NCBI GenBank assembly: GCA_030390025.1
Contig: CM059431.1
Span: 94,242,001 to 94,306,000 of the forward strand
DNA length: 64,000 nucleotides
Reading direction: 5' to 3'
From: Squalus acanthias
Lineage: Eukaryota
The notes under the pieces are model-generated. The model was not told where the DNA came from and did no database searches. It was given only the letters and a program-made list of their open reading frames with translations. Below, in pieces: positions 14,801 to 26,648 of this stretch (position 1 is its first letter; every line of letters starts with the position of its first letter). Position numbers and translations under genes: made by a program.

Positions 14801-14869
14801 ACTCGGTGTAGTACCCAGCAGTGTCACACTCGGTGTAGTACCCAGCAGTGTCACACTTGGGGCAGTGCC
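2803..14869. repeat. 27-bp minisatellite array, ~12 kb, roughly 450 units
   Basis: Consensus GTAGTACCCAGCAGTGTCACACTCGGT with variants (GCAGTA, CTTGGT, GTGCCC, and 26-bp TACCAG units). Confidence 0.99.
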
Positions 14870-15050
14870 TGACCTACATTGCTGTGCACTCCAGTGTAAT
14901 ACATTCAGAGCTTTATATTTGTTTTAAAAATCTTTACTTCTTAGAAATGCAATGTAACTCCTCAGAAACCTGTCTGTGTCCTCTGTGCATTGATTTCAAT
15001 CTGTTTCAGTTTCATTTCTACTAACAACTCATATTGTCTCCGTCTTCCAG

Positions 15051-15159
15051 CTGGAATAAATCAGATGTCCTACCTGTCGGTTGCAATTCGTGCACTATTC
15101 GGAATCGTAATTATGTCGGTGACTGGGGTTATTTGCTGCAGAAGATGTTTTTATAAAAC
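15051..15159 (+). CDS. Isolated host exon encoding a transmembrane segment with an intramembrane Arg (probable single-pass immune-type receptor)
   Basis: Acceptor TTGTCTCCGTCTTCCAG| and donor |GTAAGT; phase-1 entry gives GINQMSYLSVAIRALFGIVIMSVTGVICCRRCFYK(T): hydrophobic helix followed by a Cys/basic stop-transfer motif; lies in unique sequence. Confidence 0.8.
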
Positions 15160-15396
15160 GTAAGTATGTTGTAAAACCTGGTCGACATACATAGGCTGAA
15201 ATATATGGGCACATTAGTGGGCTTCAGGTGTACAGAAGGGATCACAGTGCCACTTCCCATGTATACTCATTGGAAGATGATCTCCGTGAAAGTACCATAC
15301 AACTTGGTTACCATGGAAACTACTTTTGCTGCAGTGCCAGCCTCTGATGGCTTTTATTGCCGTAGAGTGAAACGATAGACATTACCTGCTCTAAAC

Positions 15397-16660
15397 ATAG
15401 AATCATAGAATGATTCAGCACAAGAAAGAGTTAATTCGGCCCATCGTGCCTGTGTCGGCTCTTTGGTAAAGCTATCCAATTAATCCCACTCCCTGCTCTT
15501 TCCTCATTGCCCTGTAATTTTTTTCCCTTCATGTATTTATCAACTTCTCTTTTGAAAGTCACTATTGAATCTGCTTCCACCACCCTTTCAGGCAGTGCAT
15601 TCCAGATCACAACAACTCACTGTGTAAAACAATGGGCCGAAAATTGATCCCGGGACGCGAGAGTACGCACTGCGTACTCTCGCGTATTCCCACTCCAATT
15701 GTCGGTTTTCTGCATGCCCTGCGCATGCGCTGAAAACCGGCAATTGCTCTTCTGAAAAGGGGGCGGGTCCTGGGTGCATCGCGTGCGCGCTACAGGCTGC
15801 GCGCACGCTGTGCACTTCATGCTTTGGACGCACAGGTAAGTAGGGAAGATTTTGGAAATGTAAAAAGGAGGAGTAAGACCCGCTTTTAAGAAGGTAAGTA
15901 GTGAATGAAGTAGTTTTTTGAATTTTTTTTTACAGGTATATCTTTTTTAGAGACTTTAAAGACAGGTAAGTTTATTTTTATAACTTTTTAAAAGATTTTA
16001 AATTTTTTCAAAAATTTAATTTTTTATTTAAAATGGTTAATTTAATTAACTATACTTATTTTATTAATGTGATGGTTTTTTTTTAAATTTAATTGAGGTT
16101 TAGCTGTTATTTTGGGGGGGTGTAAGATTCATAGATTTCACAGGGTGCTGTGAAACTTATGAATGGAAGATGGTGTGCTGCCATTGGCTCTAACTGAGTC
16201 ACGTGATCCCACAGCTCGCACGAATTCACTACGCCGCTGGGATACGCAAGCCCAGCACAGCTGATCTCTAGAACATGAAGTTCGTGCGAGCTGGATCTGA
16301 AAAAGCACAAGCGAGGTGAGAGATCGCGGGAAAGCCTTACCCCCGCGGGAACAGAGCGAGATCAATTTCTGGGCCAATGTTTCCTCATGTTGCCTCTGGT
16401 TCTTTTGGCAAACACTTTAAATCAGTCCTCTGGTTACCATCCCTTCTGTCACTGGAAACAATTTCTCCTTATTTACTCTATCAAAACTATTCATGATTTT
16501 GAACACCTCTATCAAATCTCCTCTTAACCGTCTCTGCTCTAAGAAGAAAAACCCCAGCTTCTCCTGTCTCTCCACATAAATTAAGTCCCTGTTTTTGTAC
16601 TCTTTTCCTCTATTTAGAAAATCAAGGATCCTATAGGCTTTTTTAAACAGTCTTCTCAAC
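15397..16660 (-). mobile_element. CR1 3' fragment interrupted by a MITE
   Basis: ATAGAATC tail; ORF 16417-16767 contains EKLGFFFLEQRRLRGDLIEVFKIM; sequence resumes after the MITE at 16379. Confidence 0.85.
15634..16375. mobile_element. Complete non-autonomous Harbinger element (MITE)
   Basis: TIRs GGGCCGAAAATTGATC / GATCAATTTCTGGGCC; 3-bp TSD AAT (15631-33, 16376-78). Confidence 0.9.
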
Positions 16661-16990
16661 ATGTCAGGCTCCATTGCTTTGCTGGGGAGGTCTCTTCCAT
16701 CCATCAGGAGGGAAGAGGATCTCCCTGCGTGCTCTGACTCCCTCCACAAGCATGTGGAGGGAGTCATCGGAGAACCTGGGTGCAGCCCTCTGCCTCTGTG
16801 CAGTCATTTGTGCCCCTGTGTCCAGCAGTGGAAGCCAATTGCAGTGACTGCACACTCCTAGATGAACCTTTGAATGCAATATGGCCATGGTCCCTTTAAA
16901 TATACCAGCTGAAAACACATCATCGATGATGTCACTATTCCCGCTCCATTTAATTGGGCTGGGCAACACGCAGGGCAGGCTTAATAGGCT
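16660..16990 (-). mobile_element. Harbinger fragment with 5' end of a Myb/SANT gene
   Basis: AAPRFSDDSLHMLVEGVRARREILFPPDG; homologous to 41280-41560. Confidence 0.7.
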
Positions 16991-17249
16991 CTATTATCGG
17001 AAAGTCATTCTGTGGAGCGGGATGGAGGTAGCAACAGAGATCGTGTCATCAGTAAGTGTGCAACACTCACTTGACGCCCAATCTTCCAACTTCGTTACAG
17101 CCAATGAACTAAAGGGGAGTTCATTGATGTTGCAGCACCTCATTCTCATCATTGTTGGGTGTGCAGCTGCCCTGACATTCCGAACAAGAAGAAGAAGTAG
17201 AAGCAGAAGGAGAAGGAGAAGGATCCGAAGCAGTGAATAAGTTGTCGTG

Positions 17250-18386
17250 ATGGCAGATCGCCGCCCCAGGGAGAGAGCCTGGAGGTTCTCTGATGAAGCT
17301 TTGGAGACATTGTTTTTTGCGGTGGAGAGAAGGAGGACGGTCCCACCAACTGGCAGGAGGCCCTCGCCACAAGTGTTCCGCACCACGTGGAGGGAGGTAG
17401 CGCAGCATGTCACCAGCAGCACTGTGGTCCCCAGGAGCCACACCCAGTGCAGGAAGAAGTTTAACGACCTCACATGGGTGGTCAGGGTGAGTGAACCTTC
17501 AACAAATGCTGCATACCACCATCTGTACCACAAGATACACACACTGCCCAAAGCACCACACCCCCAGCACTCACCCAACAACAATCTCTACCTACCAACA
17601 CTCACACCCACATCTCAAACTTTGCACACAATGACAGCTATTCAACTATGGCAGACACATCACCCAAACACATTGCTCCACACTCACTCACACACTTTCC
17701 TTCCTCTTACAGGCCAAGGTGGCTCACAACCGGAGGGAGTAGAAGCGCACAGGCGGGGGCCAAGCCCACATTGAACATCTGAGTGACCTGGATAATTGAG
17801 TGCTGCAGATCATTGGCCGCCAGCTCGTGGGCACCATGGCCACCGGCGACATTAACCGCTTGGGGACAACAAGAGTATGTTCATCCCTACTCCTTCTTCT
17901 CCCATCCCACTTCCCCCTCAGCCCACAATTGTTTCGCACTTTCAAGTTAATCATGCTGTATGCATGCATTTCTGCCTTCCTGCCCCCCTCCCCTCACCTT
18001 AACTCGACTCTTGTGCTTTTCTGCTTTCAGATTATCAGCAAGCACCCGAGCAGCCTGTCCCTGAGGACACTGCAGAGAGCGTGACGGGAGAAGAGGAGCA
18101 GGAAGAACACACCACGGCACTGCATGTCTCACCCGCAGACACCAGCTCAGATACTGGCACTATGCGTTCTTTAGAGGCTAGTATAGTAGCGGAACCTGCA
18201 CCGTGTGAGGCACCGGGCACGAGTGGGCTGCAGCAAGGCCAGAGGGAAAGTGTAGCTCGGGAGCCAGCTCCCCGGAGGGTGAGTTCGCGCGTGAGTTCTG
18301 CTGCACAGGACTCAGATGAGGACCTCGATGGGGAGGCCTTTAGTAGAAGGGTGATGGGCATGCACACGGAAATGATAGGTGCAATG
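17250..18386 (+). pseudogene. Harbinger Myb/SANT (NAIF1/MSANTD-like) gene, spliced, copy 1, truncated
   Basis: Exon 1 17250-17486 (RFSDEALETL...WREVA...RSHTQCRKKFNDL) |GTGAGT; exon 2 17713-17874 with stop codons; exon 3 from 18031, breaks at 18386. Confidence 0.85.
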
Positions 18387-21300
18387 CCTCCGAGCAATTT
18401 TACCAAATGCGTGCTTTCTGACCCCCTTTCCATCCCGCCTCCAAGAGGCAGGATAGGCCCTTAAGGCCCTTAACAACCACTTAATTGCCTCTATTATCCC
18501 ATTTTGAGAGGCCTTTCCGATTTTTAGACATTTCCCCCATCCTACACACCTCCTCTGGAAAATGCCAGGTAATCCTGGCGGCCTCACAATTGGATTGCTT
18601 ACTAACAGCTGCAGCTCCACCATTACAAAGGAGTTTTCACCGATGATCATTTGCAGGTGGCAGAACTTTGTTGTCTCAGGTCTGGGTGAACTTTTAGCAG
18701 GCATACTCATTGTTGTGGAAGTTTGGAGCCTGACACCCATCTGGGAAACCCCTCTCCCCACCTTGACTGAGCGCTTCCTCAACTGAGGCATGGTGACCAT
18801 TAAATTCCTTTCCTCCTGGACATCAGATTTGGATGAAGACCAGCCGCGGCAGCAGCAAAACCATGAACAACAACAGCACCAACAGCAGCAGCAACAACAG
18901 GAGCATCAACAGGAGCGCCAAGCTGCTAGTCACCCACTTGAAGCTGCACAGGCCAGAAGGCACCAGCGCGCGACCACATTGCTGCCGGGATGCAAGGGAC
19001 ACACTCATCTTGGCCAGATTTGGTGAGCCTGCACAATCAAACACTTTTGTCTCGCACCTTCTTACCAGAGCATCCACAATGGACAAGAACCTGCGGATTC
19101 CTATCACTCTGACCACCATACTGACAACTGCAAGGCACCCTAAGCCCTCAATGTGAAAGTCCCATTTGCGAAATGACACAGGCCACAACTTCAACAGTTT
19201 GCCATCAAATCTGTTATAATACAATGACAATGATGGCTGGTCCAAATACAAAACATCACAGCACCCAAGTGACTACCCTTGTGACTACTTGTGCTTTATC
19301 TTCCTCTTACACGTGCTCCTACGTGGTGCTTCCCCTGTGGCTTCAGCAGATGTGGAGGCCCCTTGTTCACTCTCTTGCTGCTCCTGTCTCGACACCTTTG
19401 GCGGCCGTCCTCTGGGGTTGCGAACCTGTGCGGGCTCGCCAACAGTCTGCTGCTCCTACGACTGTGCAGGGGATGAGACGCCCATCTCAGTTGGGTGAGG
19501 ACTCTGGTGGGGCTCTGACCGAGGACTCTGCAATGGCATGGCCGTGTGAGCGCTTGGAGAGGAGTCCCCACTTCCTTGTTGTATGCCACCAACATCCCTT
19601 TCATGGGTCAGCCCCACTTCAGAGCTAGCAAGTGGCTTGGCAGCACCTTGCTGCACTTCAGGGGGGCCATGAGGATCCGTTTCTGCACTAGAAGTCCTAC
19701 TCCAGAGGATTTCCATGAAGGACCGGTTTGTATGCTCAATAGCTGCCTATCACTCCTCAAGAGATGTCATTCTATTCTGAACAATTACCATGATTTCCAT
19801 ACCCTGGCGACTAAGCTCCTCCATGGCCGTAGCCATCCTCTTCTCTACCGTAGCCATCCTCTCCTCTACGGTAGCCAGCCTTACCACAGAGTTAGTCATC
19901 CTTTCCATGGAGGTTGCCATCCTTTCCATGGTGATGCATTTATGCACCAATGCCTACACAAAGGCTCTGCTCATGTTCGTGATGGACTCTTCCATTCGCT
20001 CCACACTTGCAGCGACTCTGGAGATAAAACCTGCCAGAGACTCCTGCACCTGTTCCTGGAGTTCCAGCACCGCTCTCCTTCTGGATGGACCCGGAGGCAC
20101 AGGGTTGACATGCAGCTGAGCCGAACTGGCAGAGTCCTGCGGCCTCCGACGAGGACTCTCCACTGCTGACCCTGTCTCCACCATCTGCTGATGCTCACTT
20201 GTAAGCTGTGATACACCAGGTGACAACACTACTCTATCTCGCGAAGGTCCCACTGAGGTGTGAGTGTCTGCGCTGGTGCTGGGTGCGCTGAATTCTGCTG
20301 ACACTGCGCCCTCAGAGGTTGCAGCTTTCTCTGAGGAGTCTGGAAGCTCAGGCTCTTCCCCCGGGACAGTGGGGACGGGAGCTTTCGATGGTCCTGTGGG
20401 GGAATAAAGGAAAGAGTTAGAGATGTGAGGTCAAGGTTACATGAACATTGAATAGTGCAGATGATCATAAGTCAATCTGTTAGAGCATCAGATTCATTAT
20501 CAGTGACTCATGCAATGTCAATGAGAGAGATGCCAAACGATTCTGTCACCAGCTTGCTGTGATGCGCCCCTCTGTCTGTCCCCCACTTGGGTATCATCCT
20601 TGATCCCAGCAATTTCCAGGGCCGCCTCCTCCCAGCGGGGTGAGCTGGGCTGCTGAGGGCAGCCCTCCTCCTGTCATGGCTCTTTCCCTCTTATTGTGGG
20701 CTCTCTTTTCCTGCAATGAGGAACACAAGTGGAGTTTGAGTGAGAATGAAGGAGTGAGTGTAGAGAATCCATAGCATAGATGCTTAAAAGGAGACAAAGG
20801 GTCCTCCTCCCTGTGTGCTGTAAGTTGTTGTTGTCATTGCATCACAGTGATAGGGAGTGTGAGGGCTGCATGGTCGAATAGTTAAGTGAATGTGACCATA
20901 GAGAGAGAGGGAATGGGTAAGGGTGCAGGGATGTAAGTGTCAAGTGGGATGTGGAGGAAGAGGTTGGCAAAGCAGAGTGCTGGTGAGGAGAGGCGATAGG
21001 GATCAGATTGAGGATGATGGGAAAGTCATACTCACTTTTCCTGTGCGGAGATGTTCATGAATCTTCTTCCTGCATTGCAGCCAGGTTCTGCAGCTCATTG
21101 AAATGGAGTTCACCTCCTCGGCCACTTGCAGCCACACAGCTTTTGTCTGCTGGGATGGCTTTTTTCTCCCTGAGGAAGGGAACAGCACTTCCTTATTACA
21201 TCTGGCTCCGTGCACCAAAGCTTGGTGGGAGGGCTCATCAAACCGAGATGCACACTTTTGCTTGATCGTGGACATTGTCAGGAAATCAACACATTCATAC

Positions 21301-21535
21301 AATTTGCAAAACGTTTGCAGTCTCCAGAAGAAGCAAGGCTGCTTGCAGGCCTTAAATCCAGCAGCATTGATGATGTCATCGGAGGCGACTTGGGCCAGGG
21401 GTTCCCACATGCAGGAAATCAATTGCCCAATTAGGGGAAAATCCCACTTTTTCAACACTTCACTTAGGAGTCGGGGTTCTGACACGATTTCCACCTGACA
21501 CGCCCCAGCCCGCTCACACTGGCAAAATTCAACCC
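18387..21535 (-). mobile_element. Second-family Harbinger with Myb/SANT gene on the minus strand
   Basis: TIR-like AAAATTCAACCC ending 21535; exon 1 21275-21036 (SRFDEPS...WLQVAEEV...RTWLQCRKK), exon 2 from 20710 (EKRAHNKRERAMTGGG), exon 3 from 20393 with heptad repeats; left terminus not found. Confidence 0.75.
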
Positions 21536-24297
21536 ATTGGTTTTCGCTGTGGAGAGACGGAGGGCGATGCTCTACCCAGCAAGTTGCAGGAGGCCCTCGC
21601 CGCAAGTCTTCTGCACCATGTGGAGGGAGGTAGCGCAGCACATCTCGGGCAGCACTGTGGTCCCCAGGACCCACACCCAGTGCAGGAAGAAATTTAATGA
21701 GCTAATTCGGGTGGTCAGGGTGAGTGAAGGCTTCAACAAATGCTACAGACCACCATCTGAGCCACAATCTACACACACTGCCCAAAGCACCACACCCCCA
21801 GCATTCACCCACCAACAATCTCCACCTACCAACACTCACACCCACATCTCACACCTTGCACACAATGACAGCTATTCAACTATGGCAGGCACATCACCCA
21901 AACACATTACTCCACACTCAATCACACACTTTCCTTTCTCTTGCATGCCAAAGTGGCTCACAACCGGATGGAGCAGGAGTGCACAGGCAGGGGACAAGCT
22001 GTCACCCAACCACTGTCTGCACTGGAGAATAGAGTGCTGGAGATTATTGGGTGCCAGGTGGTGGACGCCGTGGCCACCGGCAATGTTGACCTCCTTGGGG
22101 ACAACAACGGTATGTTCATCCCTACTCCTTCCTCTCACATCCCACTTCCCCCTCACCCCACAAGTGTTTCACTCTTTCCAGCTAATCATGCTGTATGCAT
22201 GTATTTCTCTCTTCCTGCCCTCCTCCCCTCACCTTAACCCGGCTCTTGTGCCTCTATGCTTTGAGATAATCAGAAGCACCTGAGCATCCTGTCCCTGAAG
22301 GCACCGCTAGAGAACAAGGCGGGAGAAGAGGAGGAGGAAGAACACACCGCGTCACTGCATCTCTCACCCGCAGACACCAGCTCAGATACTGATACTATGC
22401 GTTCTTTAGAGGCTAGTATAGCAGTGGGATCTGCACAGGGTGAGGCACCGGGGATGAGTGGGCTGCAGCAAGGCTGGGGAAAGGGTAGCTCGGGGGCTAG
22501 CTCCCCGGAGGGTGAGTTCGTGCGTGAGTTCTGCTGCACAGGACTCAGAGGAGGACCTCAATGGGGAGGCCTTTAGTGGAAGGGTGATGGGCATGCACAC
22601 AGAGATGATAGGTGCAATGGCAAGGGTGCCCGAGAGCCTCTCGGCAATGGGAAGGAGCATGGAGGAATCCGCCTCCAATATTGCACAAAGCTCTGCACGT
22701 CTGCAAAGGATGGTAGACTCTTAGAGAGACCATGGCGACCCAGACCTGATGCCGCGTGTGATGGGCGATCTGGCAGCTTCCATTGCAGCGCAGGCGGAAG
22801 TGACGCAACGTCTTAGTGCTGTAATGGAGTCTACGCTTGGTGGCATCCGATCTCAGACTGCTCTCATGCAGTCTCAGCTTGATGCCACGCATGCTCTGAC
22901 TGCTGCCATCTTGGCTGGGTCTACCACCGTCAACCAGGGCTTTCACAGTGTCGCAGCAGGCCAGCAATCTGTGCTCTAACAAATTGCTAAGGATGCTGAG
23001 GTGCTGCCCCAGGGGAGGGACAGTGGGTCAGTGAAGCAGGAACCTGCTGTTCTCTCTCAGGATGACAGCATTCCTGTTCCAACCACTGCCACTCCACCAT
23101 TGCCCTGTCACTGCCTGTCATCCAGCCAGCCCAGACTGCTGCCATCCATGCCGAGGTGGTGCAGTCTGCAGCCGGGCCTTACAGGGCCAGAGCTGGTCGA
23201 GGGCATCCTGCAAGGCCATCTGAATCTCCCGCATGGACACTCAGCAGCCTTCCACCAGCCCTGCTGCAGCCACTGGGCCAACACTTCATAGGAGCACTAG
23301 AGTCTGCATAGGCACAGTAACAACAGGCACTAAGGGATTGCACAAGGGTGAATAGTTAATATTTTTGTTGTAAAAATGTGTTCACTGATTTTTGAAAAAT
23401 TTATTAATTCACTTAACATTCTTTTGTGATGTCACATTTCAGCTTTGGGGTGTGACACGCCCTGCGAGAGAGAATGAATGATACGGATGTGGTGAGCAAA
23501 GGGGATGTGGGCTTTTAGTCATCCTGGTGTGAGGCTGGAGGTCTGTTTGAAGGAGATGGCAGAGTTCTGTGACCACCTCCTTGGTGAGGCGGAGCCGTCT
23601 AATACACTGCTCCTTGCTTCATTGAAGGTAGGAGAAGTGCTGTCGGAATACCCTCGGAGGGTAAGGCCTCCTGGTGAGAGCCCAGATGTCCCTCCTCATC
23701 TCACTGCGTACATGCTCCCGTCTTTCTCGCTGCCTTTGCTCTCTATGTGGGTGAGGTGGCATGCGAATATAGCCCCCATTAATGTTACCAAGTGTAGCAG
23801 TTTGATTCTTTGAAGAATAAATGTAGCTACTTTTTAGTTGCCGCAAGAATCCTGATACAAAAGAACCTTGAAATTACTGAAGTAAACTGTTTTACTATGT
23901 GAAACTGACAAGAAACCACTGAAACTACACTAACCTGAGAGCTGTGAATGATTACTGATGATCCCTTTAAATAACGTTCCTCAAGCCAGCTTCCTGGTGC
24001 TTCATGCCAGCTCTACCTGTCGGTGTTTACTCCAGATGCTAAGATAAGTGGCGAAAGTCAACTGAGCAGATCGGGCGGACAGTGAGCGTTGCACACTCAC
24101 TGACATATCGATCCACCTGGCGTTGACATTCCCGGTGATACCTCTTACCGGCGGCGCTACGGGGGGTGGCAGGGGGGGGACATGGGATTTGGTGTGTGGC
24201 GCTGCAATCGCCTCGCCCCGGTGATACAGGTCTAGCGCCCCATTAGCACCATCTGCTGACGCTAACGGGAGGCGCTAAGAGGACGAATTTTCCCCCC
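21536..24297 (+). mobile_element. Harbinger, copy 2 of family A: Myb/SANT pseudogene (+), transposase 5' remnant (-), right TIR
   Basis: 21536-22620 aligns with 17310-18386; RRPYPPRVFRQHFSYL on minus (ORF 23619-23846); ends GAATTTTCCCCCC like 56536. Confidence 0.85.
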
Positions 24298-24991
24298 TTT
24301 ATCTTAGGAATCTACAACATCCACAGTTTCCAGTAAGATATGTTCAAGTAAATGCAATCCTCAAGAAAGTAAAAGAGGAACTCTGTGAGGACTTGGTTAA
24401 TATTGTTAGGAGTTAGCTAATACTAGGGGTGGGTTCATAGATTGAAGAATAATGAATCAAAAACTAAGTGAAATGTGAATCTGAGAATTACAGACCATTT
24501 TGACAAGCATCTCGAATGGAGAAAATGCTTGAGATATTTTACTGTGTGCTATCAATTATCAGCTGAAGCATGTATACACAATATAGAGGTTTTTTTTATT
24601 CAATTATGGGATGTGGGCGTTGCTAGCAAGGCCAGCATTTATTGTCCATCCCTAATTGCCCTTGAGAAGGTGTTGGTGAGCCACCTTCTTGAAACGCTGC
24701 AGTTCATGTGGTGAAGGTACTCCCACAGTGCTGTTAGGTAGGAGTTCCAGGATTTTAACCCAGCGACGATAAAGGATCGGCAATATACTTCAAAGTCAGG
24801 ATGGTGTGTGACTTGGAGGGGAACTTGGAGGTGGTGGTGTTCCCATGTGTCTGCTGCCCTTGTCCTTCTAGGTGTAAGAGGTCGCGGGCTTGGGAGGTGC
24901 TGCCGAAGAAACCTTGGCGCGTTGCTGCAGCGCATCTTGTAGATGGTACACACTGCAGCCACGGTACACCGGTGGTGGAGGGAGTGAATGT

Positions 24992-25421
24992 GGGCAACAC
25001 GGTGGCATAGTGGTTAGCACTGGTGCCTCACAGCGCCAGGGACTCCGGGTTCAAATCTGACCTCGGGTGACTGTCTGTGTGGAGTTTGCACATTCTCCCC
25101 GTGTCTGCGTGGGTTTCCTCCGGGTGCTCCGGTTTCCTCCCACAGTCCAAAAATGTGCGGGTTAGGTTGATTTGGCTATGATAAATTGACCCTTAGTGTT
25201 AGGGGGGGATTAAATATGTGGGGTTATGGGGATAGGATGGGATATGTTAGGGGGAATTAAATAAGTGGGGTTACGGGGGTAGGGTGGGATATGTGTACTG
25301 TGGGGATTAAAGCAGGGACAGGGTACTGGATTTGGATGATCAGCCATGATCGTATTGAAAGGTGGAGCAGGCTCGACGGGCCGAATGGCCTACTCCTGCT
25401 CCTAGATTCTATGTTTCTATG
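24992..25421 (+). mobile_element. HE1-like V-SINE
   Basis: tRNA-like head (GGTGGCATAGTGG; GGTTCAAATC), V-domain GTGTGGAGTTTGCACATTCTCCCCGTGTCTGCGTGGGTTTCCTCCGGGTGCTCCGGTTTCCTCCCACAGTCCAAA, CR1-type tail ending TTCTATGTTTCTATGT. Confidence 0.9.
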
Positions 25422-25876
25422 TTAAGGTGGTAGATGGGGTGCCAATCAAGTGGGCTGCTTTGTCCCGGAAGGTGTCGAGCTTCTTGAGTGCTGTTGGAGC
25501 TGCACTCATCCAGGCAAGTGGAGAGTATTCCATTACACTCCTGACTTGTGTCTTGTAGATGGCGGAAAGGCTTTGTGGAGTCAGGAGGTGAGAAACTCGC
25601 CACAGAATACCCAGCCTCTGACCTGCTCTTGTTGCCACAGTATTTATGTGGCTGGTCCAGTTAAGTTTCTGGTCAATGGTGACCCCCAGGATGTTGATGG
25701 TGGGGGATTCGGCGATAGTAATGCCGTTGAATGTCAAGGGGCGGTGGGTAAACTCTCTCTTGTTGGAGATAGTCATTGCCTGGCACTTCTGTGGTGCAAA
25801 TGTTACCTGCCACTTATCAGCCCAAGCCTGAATGTCATCCAGGACTTCTTGCATGCGGGCATGGACTGCTTCATTT

Positions 25877-26370
25877 TTCAATCCTCTCTGGCTTCAGGTG
25901 TGGTGCCAGAGGACTGGATATCAAGTATATATATCAAGGATAGTCAGCACGGATTTGTTAAGGGAAGGTCCTGTCTGACAAACTTGATTGAATTTTTGGA
26001 GGAGGTAGCAAGGAGGGTAGATGAGGGTAGTGCATTTGATGTAGTGCATATGGACTTTAGCAAGGCTTTTGATAAGGTTCCACATGGCAGACTGGTCAAG
26101 AAGTTAAAAGCCCATGGGATCCAGGGCAAAGTGTCAAGTTGGATTCAAAACTGGCTCAGAGGCAGGAAGCAGAGGGTAATGGTTGATGGGTGTTTTTGTG
26201 ACTGAAAGGCTGTTTCCAGTGGGGTTCCGCAGGGCTCAGTACTAGGTCCCTTGCTTTTTGTGGTATATATCAATGACCTAGACTTGAATATAGGGGGTAT
26301 GATTAAGAAGTTTGCAGATTATACTAAAATTTATACTGAAGAAGGAAGCTGTAGACTGCAGGAAGATATC
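25877..26370 (+). mobile_element. CR1 RT fragment
   Basis: SQHGFVKGRSCLTNL, DFSKAFDKVPH, GVPQGSVLGP, FAD; internal deletions. Confidence 0.9.
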
Positions 26371-26648
26371 TATGAAGGAGTCCTAGTAAAATTGAAGTCA
26401 ATGGGAATCAGGAGGAAAACTCTCCACTGTAGTCATACCTAGCACAAAGGAAGATGGTTGTGGTTGTTGGAGGCCAATCATCTCAGCCACAGGACATCAC
26501 TGCAAGAGTCCCTCAGGACAGTGTCCTAGACCCAACCATCTTCAGCTGCTTCAGCAGTGAACTTCCCTCCATCATAAGGTCAGAAATGGGGATGTTTGCT
26601 GATGACTGCACAGTGTTCAGTTTCATTCACCACTCCTCAGATAATGAA

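Noticed and set aside
2775..14854. Mucin-like ORFs (TLLGTTPSV)n / (PSSVTLGVV)n as a stalk for the TM exon
   Set aside because: Open frames follow automatically from a 27-bp unit; frequent 26-bp units shift the frame, and no convincing splice sites flank the array.
2803..14869. CRISPR array or RAG recombination signal array
   Set aside because: No unique spacers and the context is eukaryotic; the unit lacks CACAGTG and a nonamer.
18790..19026. Poly-Q ORF as a host gene
   Set aside because: CAG/CAA low-complexity tract inside a Harbinger, probably a transposase N-terminal remnant.
24308..24420. Candidate phase-2 cytoplasmic exon following the TM exon
   Set aside because: Translation ILKKVKEELCEDLVNIVRS resembles decayed CR1 ORF2 (RVLKEV..EI..AL..IFQSS), and the pyrimidine tract comes from a transposon end.
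24992..25070. tRNA gene
   Set aside because: It is the head of a V-SINE, continuing into the V-domain and a LINE-derived tail.
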